Shown here piece by piece: positions 19,012-29,043 of a stretch of 64,000 nucleotides of DNA. Under the pieces are notes generated by a model. The model saw only the letters and a list, made by a program, of their open reading frames with translations, had not been told where the DNA came from and did no database searches. The translations under genes and the position numbers were made by a program. Numbering within the stretch: position 1 is the first letter of the stretch; every line of letters starts with the position of its first letter. Origin of the DNA: a virus; the IMG/VR virus record IMGVR_UViG_2795386012_000004; one strand, given 5' to 3'.

Positions 19012-20470
19012 CCACCAACTCCGGCGTCACGCCCTGCGGCGGTGGGGGAACCTCTTGCACAGGCGAATTCGACAACCGGTCGACCAGCTTGGTGACCGTG
19101 TTCTGTCGGCGTTCCTGCCCCATGATCTTCTGGTCTGCCTCGGAAATACCGACCTCGCGGTACGTGACCTTGGAATTGGGCTCCAGGACATCGGATGCGA
19201 TCAGCTTGGAAACCCGGTCGGCGTCCGATGCGGGTGTGGGCGTGGCAGGGTTGAGCCAGTTCGGTGCGACGCCGCTGACAGCGGCCATCGTCGCCTGCGG
19301 GTCACGATGCTTGACGATCAGGTAAGCCACCTGGCGCCATGCCCGCGACCACATACGCTGGCGCAGCAAGGCGCGCTTGACTAGCCGCGACTCCAGCACG
19401 CGCACCGCGTCAGCAGACGGCGGGTTGTCGGTGGCGAAGCCAAGGTAGTTCCATGGGATCGCCGACTCAGCCGAGACGTGTTGTAGGTAGTGCTTGATCT
19501 GCTCGATATACGGCGTCGGCGGCGCCGGAGTGAACTGGCCGACCTCCGGCATGGGGTCGCCTTGCTCTGGCGGCGGAATGAAGTTCATCCGCGACATGGC
19601 CACGTTCCACTGCTTGACCAGCTTCTCGCCCGCCGGGGTGTTCTCGTCAATGCCGAACTGTGCCGGGTCAACTCCGAGGCCGTAGCGCTGTGGCGCGGTG
19701 TAGAACTCGCGGTTGATTTCCATGCCGAGCAAGGTGCGGCCGATAGCCTCGGTCGCATACCGCACAGGCGGGGTTATCTCAGAGCGGCCCCGAATATCGG
19801 ACGGGCGTTCACGGTTCGGGAACTGGACAATAGGCACCACGCCGAGGTTGTGGTCATCGCGCTGAACCTCGGTGACGCGGCTATCGCCGCCGCGCGGCAA
19901 CGTCACCGTGGCCTGCGGGGTGTACAGCACTTCGGTAGTCACGGCGGCGGTCAGTGGGTCGCGGCGCTGGATCAGGCCAGCAGCCTCGATACGGCGCCGA
20001 GAATCCCACAGCACAGTCGTTTCCATAGGGGACTCAGCACCGACCACCACAGCGGGCTCATTCAGCTCTTGATCGCCGGTACCGACACTGACAAAGCCCA
20101 TGCCGCAGATCAGCGAATCGACCGCCTGACGGGCCTGCTCAACCTCAAGGGCGTTGTCCCGGTACGCCTCATCCAAGACGGTGCTGTCGCCGTCGAGCAC
20201 CGACCAGCCGTCCCACTCGACGCGCTCAGCGAGCACGTCGACCACAATGCCGGGCGTGCCGACAAACACCTCAAGGTCAGCAAGGTGCGGCGGCACCGCG
20301 ATATCCAGATTGCGCGCCTTGTGCTTGCCCTCGTACAGCGTGTACTTCTTCTCGTTGGCGCGGCGAGCCTGAGCCAACTGGCTGCGCAGCCGTCCGAGGT
20401 AGTGGACTTCCTGACCGGACAACTCGCCGGTGTCCATGAAGCGGGCCAGGTCTGCGGGCGGTGCAACCAT
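18992..20470 (-). CDS. portal protein
   Basis: 492-aa ORF immediately after terminase large subunit. Confidence 0.7.
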   Translation of the reverse strand: MVAPPADLARFMDTGELSGQEVHYLGRLRSQLAQARRANEKKYTLYEGKHKARNLDIAVPPHLADLEVFVGTPGIVVDVLAERVEWDGWSVLDGDSTVLDEAYRDNALEVEQARQAVDSLICGMGFVSVGTGDQELNEPAVVVGAESPMETTVLWDSRRRIEAAGLIQRRDPLTAAVTTEVLYTPQATVTLPRGGDSRVTEVQRDDHNLGVVPIVQFPNRERPSDIRGRSEITPPVRYATEAIGRTLLGMEINREFYTAPQRYGLGVDPAQFGIDENTPAGEKLVKQWNVAMSRMNFIPPPEQGDPMPEVGQFTPAPPTPYIEQIKHYLQHVSAESAIPWNYLGFATDNPPSADAVRVLESRLVKRALLRQRMWSRAWRQVAYLIVKHRDPQATMAAVSGVAPNWLNPATPTPASDADRVSKLIASDVLEPNSKVTYREVGISEADQKIMGQERRQNTVTKLVDRLSNSPVQEVPPPPQGVTPELVDANRGS

Positions 20471-22318
20471 CTAGTACACCGCCTTTCTGGTGGTCCGTTT
20501 CCGAGGTCCGTTAGTGGTTGCGCCAAGTAGCGCAAGGCTTCCCGACACCAGAGGCGCAATGTTCACGGCGTCGTCCGATCGGTCCCAGCCGAAGCCGCCT
20601 GCGTCGCGGATGGGCCGCTTCTGGGCCCCGGCGACTGCCTTGGTGAGTGCTTCCTGACCGCTATGGGTCAGCAGCGGTAGGCCGTCGTCCAAAAGTTCGG
20701 AGTCGATCGCATCCATCCAGGCGCCGCAGGCTTTGGCCATGTCCTGCGCTGTGGTTTGGCGAGCCCGGCACCGCCTGGCCAGCAGATCGGGCAGTAGCGC
20801 CGACGCGGGCGAAGCTGAATCGATCAGGATGTCAATGCGTTTCGATGTGTCGGCCAACCATTTTTTGCCGGCCGAGATGTCGAAGCCGCTCCACACCTCT
20901 TCGACGTGGACGCGCCCGCCTTCGAGCGCCCACGCTGCCGAAATGGACAGCTCGCGCCCATGTGACATGTCGACACCGATCGCCGAGGGCGTCGCATCGC
21001 TGTCTGGGCCAATGTCGATCGCCGAGGCCCACAGGCGCTTTGAAATGATGCGCTTGGTCCTGACGATCTTGTCCCAGATGCCGAGACCTTCCCGAAGGAA
21101 TGAGGCCTCGCCCAGGATTTTGCGCATGCGGCGTACCGCCCGCTCACTGACGCGGTTCGGGAACGCTGGAATGGCCTTGCGCCACTGAGTCTTGTCACTC
21201 GGGTCGCATCCACGGTCCGCCGAGAACTCGACGTATAGCGACTCACGCGGCACATCGTCGTCATCGTCATCGAGCCCGGCATAGTCTTCGTCGTCGGCCT
21301 CGATACCAGCGTCGAGACGCTGAGTGGTGAAAAACTCGCTCGGGTCCTCCGGCTTGGGCGGTGTGCCCATCGTCAAAATAAGCGGGTTCTTCGCAACGTT
21401 CGTAGATGGCGTCATGTCATCGAGCGCCTTCGACGTAAGGATCTGTGCCTCATCGAAAATCAGCACGCCGATGTTCGGGAAGCCGCGACCAAAGCCGCGC
21501 TCGCGGGCGCCGAACATGATCACCGAACCATTGGTGAACAGGATCTTTTCGTCACCCGAGCCGCTGTAAATCCGCTTGATGTACGGCTTTACGCTCGGCA
21601 TGTCGGCCAAGCCCTGCATCGACTCGAAAGTCTCGCGCGCCGTCTTGAACAGGTGCGCGGTCCAGATGCACCGCAGGCCGGGGTATTTGATGCACAGCGC
21701 GAACACAATCGCGCCGATCAGGTAGGTCTTACCTGACTGGCGCGGTATCGAGATGGCCGTCGTGTCCGAGGCGTACAGGCCGTCCGGCCGCTTCGCCAAG
21801 ATCAGGCGACCCAAGTCGTCTTGCCAGTCATCGAATTCGATGCCCAGCACACGGCATATCTCGCAGATCGATGGCCACTCGGTAGTGACCATGTTCTCTG
21901 GCGGCACCACATAGCGGGCCTTGGCGTACAGTGCCGGGGCTTCGACGTTCGTATCGTCGGGTACCTTCACCGCGTGCGCGATCGGGTCCGTTTCACCCGA
22001 CAGCTGATCCAAAATGGCGATGTCTTCGGCGATATCCAGCAGACGCCGCGACAGCGCCGCCAAGTCGCGAATCGGGGTGTCAGCACGGTCGACGGCGGTC
22101 GCCACCCGGACGCGCATCTTGCCCAGAAGCTCGCGGCGTTCCTTGCGTGACTCGGGGCCGTCGTCAAGGTCGCGCAGAATCTCCAGTAGCCGCTGCGACA
22201 GCGACGCCAGCTCGCGGGTATTGGTCTCCGGGTCAAGCACAACCGGCGAAAGGCGGTCGCGCATCGACTCCAGCAGGTCGGTCTGGTCACCCTCGCGAGC
22301 GGCCAGCATCACCGACAT
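20471..22318 (-). CDS. terminase large subunit
   Basis: 615 aa; Walker A PRQSGKT; C-terminal nuclease-like region; canonical position. Confidence 0.85.
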   Translation of the reverse strand: MSVMLAAREGDQTDLLESMRDRLSPVVLDPETNTRELASLSQRLLEILRDLDDGPESRKERRELLGKMRVRVATAVDRADTPIRDLAALSRRLLDIAEDIAILDQLSGETDPIAHAVKVPDDTNVEAPALYAKARYVVPPENMVTTEWPSICEICRVLGIEFDDWQDDLGRLILAKRPDGLYASDTTAISIPRQSGKTYLIGAIVFALCIKYPGLRCIWTAHLFKTARETFESMQGLADMPSVKPYIKRIYSGSGDEKILFTNGSVIMFGARERGFGRGFPNIGVLIFDEAQILTSKALDDMTPSTNVAKNPLILTMGTPPKPEDPSEFFTTQRLDAGIEADDEDYAGLDDDDDDVPRESLYVEFSADRGCDPSDKTQWRKAIPAFPNRVSERAVRRMRKILGEASFLREGLGIWDKIVRTKRIISKRLWASAIDIGPDSDATPSAIGVDMSHGRELSISAAWALEGGRVHVEEVWSGFDISAGKKWLADTSKRIDILIDSASPASALLPDLLARRCRARQTTAQDMAKACGAWMDAIDSELLDDGLPLLTHSGQEALTKAVAGAQKRPIRDAGGFGWDRSDDAVNIAPLVSGSLALLGATTNGPRKRTTRKAVY

Positions 22319-22325
22319 TGGTCGG

Positions 22326-22577
22326 CTATCCCTCGACCCAGCGAATCGACGGCTCGCCGCCAGCGATAGTCACCTCGGCGATACGCGCGCCATAGCCCTG
22401 ATTGCGATACCGGGTCCGCTGAGCCTTGGCAGCGGCGAACGTGTTGTACGACCGGCACGCTGGCTTGTGCCGATAGCTGCCGGTGTAGCTGCCCGTGTCT
22501 AGGCCGTCGTCAGCGCGGAACTTGAGCACCAAAAACAGCCCGTCACCCTGGGCATTCGCGTACATCGGCATCGCCAT
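22326..22577 (-). CDS. hypothetical protein (possible small terminase subunit)
   Basis: 83-aa ORF directly upstream of terminase large subunit; no recognisable motif. Confidence 0.3.
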   Translation of the reverse strand: MAMPMYANAQGDGLFLVLKFRADDGLDTGSYTGSYRHKPACRSYNTFAAAKAQRTRYRNQGYGARIAEVTIAGGEPSIRWVEG

Positions 22578-22773
22578 TTCGTCGTCAGTAACCGCACCGG
22601 GGTTTGGTGGAAAATGTGGTATGTAAATGCCCGCCTATGCCACGAGGGGCGACTAAGCGGCGGGGGAGGGGGAATCCCCTGGTCAGAGGCTTGCGCGACA
22701 CAGCCAGCGTCAGCGGCAAGGCCTGTGACCCGTGAAAATACTCGAGGCCAGCAAACAGTGCATCATTTATCAG

Positions 22774-23052
22774 CTACCACCACTTGCGTTCGGTGACAAA
22801 GTTGGCGCCGATGTCTTCGGGCAGCTTGTCGCTTTTGTCCCGGTTGCACTGTCGGTGCGATGGCACCTTGTTGTCCAGTGTGTCTGTGCCGCCCTTGGAT
22901 AAGGGGATGAGGTGGTCAACCTGATAGCTCAGTGGCTCAAGGTGATTGGCCTCGTAGTCGATGGGCTCGCCGCAGTGGTGGCATGGTGGCCGTCCACGCG
23001 CGAGGTAGCGCCTGTGCTTGTCACGTAGCGTGGTACTGCGCCGCACTGTCAT
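22774..23052 (-). CDS. HNH endonuclease
   Basis: HCGEPIDY..HLIPLSKGGTDTLDNKVPSHRQCNRDK motif set (Cys/His plus DH and N). Confidence 0.8.
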   Translation of the reverse strand: MTVRRSTTLRDKHRRYLARGRPPCHHCGEPIDYEANHLEPLSYQVDHLIPLSKGGTDTLDNKVPSHRQCNRDKSDKLPEDIGANFVTERKWW

Positions 23053-23297
23053 TGCGGTACAGCCACACTCACGTTGCCGCTGGCGTCGACGGTGAATCTG
23101 TAGCCGAGCTGCGCCACCACGGCGCGCAAGATCTTGTTGAGCCGGTCCGCTTCTCGTAGCGCCTGCTCCGCCTTCCCGAGTGCGTCATAGGCGGTTGAAC
23201 TAGCCAGCTCCGCAGGTGTGGCGGGACAGTGATCCATAGTTAGCGCCAGGGCCTTCTGAGCCATCGAGTGATGACAACGCGAATCTTGGTGTGCCAA
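23049..23297 (-). CDS. hypothetical protein
   Basis: 82-aa ORF. Confidence 0.4.
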   Translation of the reverse strand: MAHQDSRCHHSMAQKALALTMDHCPATPAELASSTAYDALGKAEQALREADRLNKILRAVVAQLGYRFTVDASGNVSVAVPQ

Positions 23298-23552
23298 GGC
23301 ATGTACTGGCGCAGGTCTATTGTGCCGATCGGCTGACTGTCGAATAGCAGCGTGATTACGTGCGGCTGGCGCATCTCGGTCGTAATACCGAAATTGCGGC
23401 TGCCGTAGGGCGCCATCAGTGTGCCCTTTCCAGGGCCTCGGTGATGCGGTCTATTTCGTCGTTGGCCCAGTCTTGGCCAGCGGTGTCGTCTTCGATGATT
23501 GCCTGTGCCCGTATGCGTTCTGCGTCGCGCAGTGCTCGCATCAGGCCAGCGC

Positions 23553-23789
23553 TCATCTGCGGGCGAGTGCCCTTGTTGCGTGCTCAGCCTTGGCGACATC
23601 GAGCAGCCGGTAGAGCTTGCGGCCGCGATCGTCTATGCCGCACTGTGGCAGCCTGGTCTTGCACTTGGCGGGGCCGTAGCCACGCGAAGCCCATTGGCGC
23701 ACAGTGACGGATCGGACACCGCAGATGGTGGCCGCTTCTTCGGCGGTGACGAGGGATTCGGCGCCATCCGGCACGAGTACCGCAGTCAT
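23553..23789 (-). CDS. helix-turn-helix DNA-binding protein (MerR/excisionase-like)
   Basis: MTAVLV..AEEAATICGVRSVTVRQWASRGYGP; start chosen at internal ATG. Confidence 0.4.
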   Translation of the reverse strand: MTAVLVPDGAESLVTAEEAATICGVRSVTVRQWASRGYGPAKCKTRLPQCGIDDRGRKLYRLLDVAKAEHATRALARR

Positions 23790-23916
23790 GAACTCCCCTG
23801 AAATGCGAAAACCCCTCCGCGCGGGCGAAGGGGTCCGGTGTTTGGGTATAGCTCTGTCAGTCGCACCCATAGTACATGTAACACAGGACATTCCGCATCT
23901 CGCGCTCGCGGGCGTG

Positions 23917-24603
23917 TCAGGGCTGACCCTGCGCCTCGGTCACAAGCTCTTCGAGCACGATCGATGTCCACAGCGGATAGTGCTCGCTGCGGATCTGCGT
24001 CTGGCAGTTGCCGCACTCAATCCAGTCGCGTTGTACGTCGATGTAGCGCGTCAGGGTCCGCATGTCGCAGTCGGGGCACGGTGTTGGCAGGGCGATACGT
24101 GGCCGCGTCAGACCGAGCTGGCTGCGAACTTTCGAGTGCAGCCCATGCCATTCGGCGATGATGTCCGGCGCCCAGTCCTGACGGCATAGCTTGTCGATGC
24201 GCACCGACAGGTAGGTGTGTGCGGCGATGACGGCGGCGCGCTCACTGGGGTAGTCCTCGCCAGGGGCTTCGTGCCCCTGCTCGGCCAGTGTGCTTGCGAG
24301 GTTGTCATGTGCTGCCCGTAGGCATATGGCGATCTTCGTGAGCATGTCCGAGGCCCATTCGGCCGGGTGGCCGTAGTCCTTGACCTTGGCGCCGCGCATC
24401 TTGTCGCCCTTGTTGGGTGCGGGGAGCTGGTGCAGTTGAACCCAATCGAGCACAACGCGCTCCAGTGCGGTGGCGACGCGGCGCTGGCAGCTCTGGCACA
24501 TGCCGTCCGGCGTGTGTGCTGGCTTGCCGTTGTCGCGCTTGCAATCCGGGTGCGCGCACAGCTCAACGGCGCTGCCCTTGGCGATGGTGGTCATGTCATG
24601 CAA
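23917..24603 (-). CDS. Cys-rich hypothetical protein
   Basis: 228 aa with several CxxC pairs (CAHPDC, CQSCQ, CPDCD, CGNCQ). Confidence 0.45.
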   Translation of the reverse strand: MHDMTTIAKGSAVELCAHPDCKRDNGKPAHTPDGMCQSCQRRVATALERVVLDWVQLHQLPAPNKGDKMRGAKVKDYGHPAEWASDMLTKIAICLRAAHDNLASTLAEQGHEAPGEDYPSERAAVIAAHTYLSVRIDKLCRQDWAPDIIAEWHGLHSKVRSQLGLTRPRIALPTPCPDCDMRTLTRYIDVQRDWIECGNCQTQIRSEHYPLWTSIVLEELVTEAQGQP

Positions 24604-25009
24604 TCCCTTCGGCTCGTGCTCGGATCTGTGTCACGGTGTCGTAGATGGTTTTCCGGACGGCCATTTCGTCGGTTCCGATCACCTTGACGAATCGGTCGGT
24701 GGCTTCGACCACGGTGGCCTTGCCGGGGTGGGCGCCTTCGTATGTCCAGCCGTCGATGTCGTAGACCTGCTCAAAGGCGCCAACGGGCGTCCACTCGTAG
24801 CCGTAGAGAAGGACTTCACTCTGCACCCACTGGCGGGCCAGGGTGTCCGTCTGCTCGTCTGTCTCCCACTCCGTGACCTGGGCATCACCGCCGTAATAGG
24901 CGATGTTATTCCATGCGGCGGCAAGCTTTTCGGCCCGTTCCTTGTCGGTGAGCACCCGTTGAATCTGGTAGTCCGAATAGCTGCCGGTGGTGACGATGTA
25001 GACCTTCAT
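24596..25009 (-). CDS. hypothetical protein
   Basis: 137-aa ORF. Confidence 0.45.
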   Translation of the reverse strand: MKVYIVTTGSYSDYQIQRVLTDKERAEKLAAAWNNIAYYGGDAQVTEWETDEQTDTLARQWVQSEVLLYGYEWTPVGAFEQVYDIDGWTYEGAHPGKATVVEATDRFVKVIGTDEMAVRKTIYDTVTQIRARAEGIA

Positions 25010-25495
25010 CGGTCGACTCGCATGGACTCGATGACCCGCACAGTGTCATCAGCTTCGTCTGGTACGAAACTGATGTCGATGGATTGTGTTCCGTCGCCGT
25101 GGGTGTGGGTGCTGATGGATCGCACCTCACCGGTCAGGACGACGTTGTTGACCAACAGGGTGCGCCGGGTGATAGGCGGGGCGATGGGTGGCGGAGGTAG
25201 CGCGTCTATGGCGGCGTACAGCTTGGCCGCTTCATCGGGTTCTAGGGCACTGGGCGCACCAACTAGGTATCGGGTTGTCGTGAGGCCCAACTCGGCGGCT
25301 GCGAGCTGCCGCATTTGGTCTTCCCGGTGCGCCTCGGCGAGCGAATGGCCATTGCCGATCACCGAGCCAATGAAGCGCCAGTCTTGCCCGCCGTGGTTGT
25401 AGTACAGGTGCGCGGCGCGGACCATGTACCGCCTCTCGCCGTTGACTGTGCCCCAATCAGCCTTATCGTCGCGGTCCCACGTGATCGCGCTCATG
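25006..25495 (-). CDS. hypothetical protein (~163 aa)
   Basis: Start MSAITWDRDD at ATGA overlap with upstream gene. Confidence 0.45.
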
Positions 25496-25985
25496 CTGAC
25501 ACCTCGGCGGCTGCCGGGGCCTTGTCCTCGGTGCGAGCCACAGGGAGCGGGGGCAGCTCGATGGTGAGAACTCGCCGCGCCGGAGGATCTGCCAGGTAGT
25601 CGATGGCCCGTCGCAGTGCTTCGGGTCCGTACCGGCCAATGACGACGTGGTTGCATGTCGTGCACAGCAGGCCGCGCACTGCTTCGCGTGTGTTCCCGAG
25701 CTTGTGGTCATGGTCGACGGCTAGCCGCTTCGTGATGCCCTTGGCCCGTCCGCAGATGGCGCAGGCACCGCCCTGCACGGCCAGAATCGCTTCGTATTCG
25801 GTCTCCGTGATGCCGTAGGTGTTCTCGACCATCCGGCCATGGTTCTTGCGGCGGACGGCCTTCTGGCGGGCCCTGCGGTGCGTTTCGCAGCGGGGGCCGG
25901 GCCAGGGGGCAGGCCGCAGTGTTGTGACGCCCTCGGCAAGGCAGTCCTTGCATTTGGGCTTTGGCTTGGACTTCGTGGTGGTCAT
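25491..25985 (-). CDS. endonuclease VII-like (HNH family) protein
   Basis: GGACAICGR..LAVDHDH..RGLLCTTCN motif; ATG 25985 with GAAGGGA RBS. Confidence 0.7.
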   Translation of the reverse strand: MTTTKSKPKPKCKDCLAEGVTTLRPAPWPGPRCETHRRARQKAVRRKNHGRMVENTYGITETEYEAILAVQGGACAICGRAKGITKRLAVDHDHKLGNTREAVRGLLCTTCNHVVIGRYGPEALRRAIDYLADPPARRVLTIELPPLPVARTEDKAPAAAEVSA

Positions 25986-26052
25986 CTCAATCCCTTCGGT
26001 TGTGGTTGTTAACTGATTTCTGGGCTTTGCAGGGGTGGAGGTGGTGGAGGCG

Positions 26053-26070
26053 CCTCCACCCTGTCGGCGC
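26053..26070. repeat. 18-bp perfect palindrome GGTGGAGGCGCCTCCACC (copy 1)
   Basis: Exact self-complementary 18-mer; second copy at 26210..26227. Confidence 0.9.
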
Positions 26071-26100
26071 CCCTCCGATTCGTCTGACCTGGGCGGGGGC

Positions 26101-26160
26101 CTATACACGTGAATGAGTGTTATATGCATGTTTATATATATGACCAGTTAGAGACGTTTA
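26101..26160. promoter_or_regulatory. AT-rich tract (possible DNA unwinding element/promoter) between palindrome copies
   Basis: tgaatgagtgttatatgcatgtttatatatatgaccagttagagacgtttatt in a 65% GC background. Confidence 0.4.
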
Positions 26161-26209
26161 TTAGGGTGCCCTTGGCGGGGGCAAGTGGAGGCGGTGGGGG
26201 CAGTGGTGT

Positions 26210-26227
26210 GGTGGAGGCGCCTCCACC
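26210..26227. repeat. 18-bp perfect palindrome GGTGGAGGCGCCTCCACC (copy 2; 20-bp extended)
   Basis: tggtggaggcgcctccacca at 26209..26228 is a perfect 20-bp palindrome. Confidence 0.9.
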
Positions 26228-26247
26228 ACCTCCGGTGTTTGCTGGAG

Positions 26248-27921
26248 TCATGACCAGGCCCACCGATCAGCACGACCGTTGGCGGCGATGACATGGGCCT
26301 TGTTGTCGTGCTGTAGGAACACGAGCGCCTGCTCCGTGAACGGCTGTAGCCGCTTGGTGAGCTTGTGGCGTATCTCGCGGGCGGTGTAGCCGTCATCCCC
26401 GGCCTTCTCCAGCAGCTCGGACACCTTCGCGATACACCGAGCCATCAGGGCCCCGTCTTCGACCGCCTTCTCGATGTCAGCCGCCGACTTGGCCACACCT
26501 TGCAGGCGCCCTTTCTGGCGCGCCTCTTCGGCTTCGGAAGCCGCCAGCTGATCGAGCACCCATTGGCGCACCGCGTCGGACACCGCCGCCGCGACCCCGG
26601 ACAGACGCCAGTCCTGCGAATCCATCGCCGACCGGCCGTCCAGGATGGCCAAGGCGTAGGCGAACTTCTCGCGGGCGAACAGGGCATGCGAATTGAGTGC
26701 CGCTGTCTCACCGCGCGCCTGGGAGGCCCGCGTGGTCACAATCAGGCCCTCGCACTCCGATGGCACCCGCAGGGTGGCCGGATACTGCCAATCGGTCACC
26801 GGGGGCAGATACAGGGCGCCGTTGAATGTGGGCCGCACCGCCGCGATCCGAGGATCGGTCGCCGGGAACCACATAAACCGCTGCGGTGTCCCGCCATCGG
26901 CGTCGGCGAACATGGCGCGCGTCCGGCCCGGCTGGGCGGCGCACACCAGCGTCATCCGATACGAGTGCGCCGGAAGCACCGGCAGCCGATTGCCTTTCCG
27001 GTACGCGAAGCCCAGCGAGCCGCCCGTGAACGCTGACCGCAGGATCGGCATCACCGTCGAACCGCTGCGACCGGCCACCGCCGAATACGAATCAATCTCA
27101 TCGACCGAGAACAGGATCGACCGGTGACCGGAAACCAGGTCTTTGACAGTGCCGTCGTCGTTGCGCTCGCCGAAGGCTTCGATAAGGCCTTCGCCGCTAC
27201 CCAAGTTCAACGTCTTAACCGCATGCGGTATCAGCTCTTCGGCGATTTCCATCGCCGTCGACTTGCCACCCCCGGACTCAGCGGCCAGCATCGCGAACCA
27301 GTTGAGGGAGCCGCCCTTGGAGCCGATGATGGCGGGCAGCTTGATGTGTGGGTCGACCAACGCCAGCGCCCGAGCCGCGCAGCACGCCAGCACCGCCCAC
27401 GGTGAACACATGCCGGACAGGGCCGCTGTGTACACCGTTTTCAGCGACGCCCGCGACTCCCAAAAGTCGCCCTCGAAGTCGCGCACGTCAATCCGCGGTG
27501 GCTCGGTCGGCGGCACATCGACCGGTCCCGCCGCCACTGGCGTATAGCAGGTGTTCTCGGCGTACCGGGGCTGCTGGCGTCCCGAGTCCAAGCCGCTGCG
27601 AATGGTGCGCTCGATTTCCCTGTCAGTCATCGGGGTGCCAGCCGTCGACCGTGCCGCCGCCGTCAACGAGTCGATCACCTCGTCCTCAGTGAGCCCGTGT
27701 GGCACGAGCTGGCCCAGGTTGAACGCCGAGATGTTCAGCTGGTCGTTGCGCCTGCCCTCCCCGGTGGAGGCCATGGTGACCATTTCCTGCTCCAGCGCCG
27801 CCCGGTAGTAGGGCGCGGTGTCGCGGGCCGTGGACGCCGCTGTGCGGGCCACCGGCTTGCGTTCCGGTTTGAGCCCGATACCGAGACGCTCCATGTTCTC
27901 GAATAGGTCATCACCGCTCAC
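26248..27921 (-). CDS. DNA primase C-terminal (PriCT)/D5-like helicase (DUF3987-type P-loop NTPase)
   Basis: Walker A SGGGKSTAME; N-terminal PriCT-like region; 557 aa. Confidence 0.7.
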   Translation of the reverse strand: MSGDDLFENMERLGIGLKPERKPVARTAASTARDTAPYYRAALEQEMVTMASTGEGRRNDQLNISAFNLGQLVPHGLTEDEVIDSLTAAARSTAGTPMTDREIERTIRSGLDSGRQQPRYAENTCYTPVAAGPVDVPPTEPPRIDVRDFEGDFWESRASLKTVYTAALSGMCSPWAVLACCAARALALVDPHIKLPAIIGSKGGSLNWFAMLAAESGGGKSTAMEIAEELIPHAVKTLNLGSGEGLIEAFGERNDDGTVKDLVSGHRSILFSVDEIDSYSAVAGRSGSTVMPILRSAFTGGSLGFAYRKGNRLPVLPAHSYRMTLVCAAQPGRTRAMFADADGGTPQRFMWFPATDPRIAAVRPTFNGALYLPPVTDWQYPATLRVPSECEGLIVTTRASQARGETAALNSHALFAREKFAYALAILDGRSAMDSQDWRLSGVAAAVSDAVRQWVLDQLAASEAEEARQKGRLQGVAKSAADIEKAVEDGALMARCIAKVSELLEKAGDDGYTAREIRHKLTKRLQPFTEQALVFLQHDNKAHVIAANGRADRWAWS

Positions 27922-28709
27922 AGGCCGAAGGCCTCACGGATTGCGGGCACCAGGCGTTCTGGGTTCATGCGTCCAACGCCGCGTCGCCGCCAGGAAGTAG
28001 GTTGCCGCGTACTGGCCCGCCGGTTGTCGTCGTAGAGCAGCGGAGGATGCTCGCCAGTCGACTTTAGGTAGGCGCGGCGCACAGCGCCCGAGGCGCCAGG
28101 ATCGCCGTGGCCGACCGCGATCAGTCCGATCGGATTGACGCGCAACCCGCTGGCGGTGGTCAGCTCAATGAAGACGCGCTGCAGCGGCGGAAACGACGCA
28201 CCCCTGCCTTGGCGGCGGCGGGGCGGCTCATCCTGCTCGTAGGTGACCTCTACGTCAACCCAAGGCCCCCAGGGCGTCCCGAAGCCATCTAGTTCCCACC
28301 AGTCGCCAGGTGTCTGCGGTGAACCCCAATAGCGCAGCAGGGCTAGGCCATCCGGTCGTGGATGCGTGACCGACTGGCGACCGCCGCGACCCGGAGCCAT
28401 GTACAGCTTGGGCAGCGTGACCGGCTCCACTGTGCAGGACATGGGCTCGGGGAACCACATCTGATGGTCGGGGATCTGCTGCAGTCGATGCTGCGGACCG
28501 CGCCGGGCTCGCAGCTGTTGCAGCCCGTCAATCGTGTACGGCTCGTCCAGCTCGGCGTACGTAGCGTCCGCGCCACGTGCCCTCATCGCATCGTTACCCC
28601 ACTCGGGATACTTATCGTTGGGGTCGTATCCGTGGATGGAAAGCATTAGCTCGGCGTCAATCTCGTTGTCGTTCGGTGGGTTTACGCCGAACATCAGCGG
28701 GCTAGACAT
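27918..28709 (-). CDS. hypothetical protein (~263 aa)
   Basis: Start MSSPLMFGVNPP at TAG/ATG junction with upstream gene. Confidence 0.45.
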   Translation of the reverse strand: MSSPLMFGVNPPNDNEIDAELMLSIHGYDPNDKYPEWGNDAMRARGADATYAELDEPYTIDGLQQLRARRGPQHRLQQIPDHQMWFPEPMSCTVEPVTLPKLYMAPGRGGRQSVTHPRPDGLALLRYWGSPQTPGDWWELDGFGTPWGPWVDVEVTYEQDEPPRRRQGRGASFPPLQRVFIELTTASGLRVNPIGLIAVGHGDPGASGAVRRAYLKSTGEHPPLLYDDNRRASTRQPTSWRRRGVGRMNPERLVPAIREAFGL

Positions 28710-29043
28710 CTTCGGTGTCCTTCCATGACTTCTCGATTGCCGATCCGAGGGAATTGCAGAACGCCCTGAATAGCTCGTCTGCCCGGCCTGAGTCCACATA
28801 CACCTCGTAGCTCTCATACGTCGACACAGCTTCGATGTTGTCGTGCTTCGGGTAGAGCGCGGCGACGATTTCGGCGGATAGGTGCTCGGCATGTGCACGC
28901 TCGGTGACCGAGATAGTGCCCAGGTATCTCCAATCACACGCTGGCGCCGTGCACGTCGCGCCGCCCGCGTCCAGTGACCACGAACGGCGGTGCGTGCTTA
29001 CAACTTCAGCTATGCGCTCATTGAGCGCCGAATCGTCCGTCAT
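28702..29043 (-). CDS. hypothetical protein
   Basis: Start MTDDSALNER at ATGA overlap. Confidence 0.4.
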   Translation of the reverse strand: MTDDSALNERIAEVVSTHRRSWSLDAGGATCTAPACDWRYLGTISVTERAHAEHLSAEIVAALYPKHDNIEAVSTYESYEVYVDSGRADELFRAFCNSLGSAIEKSWKDTEDV

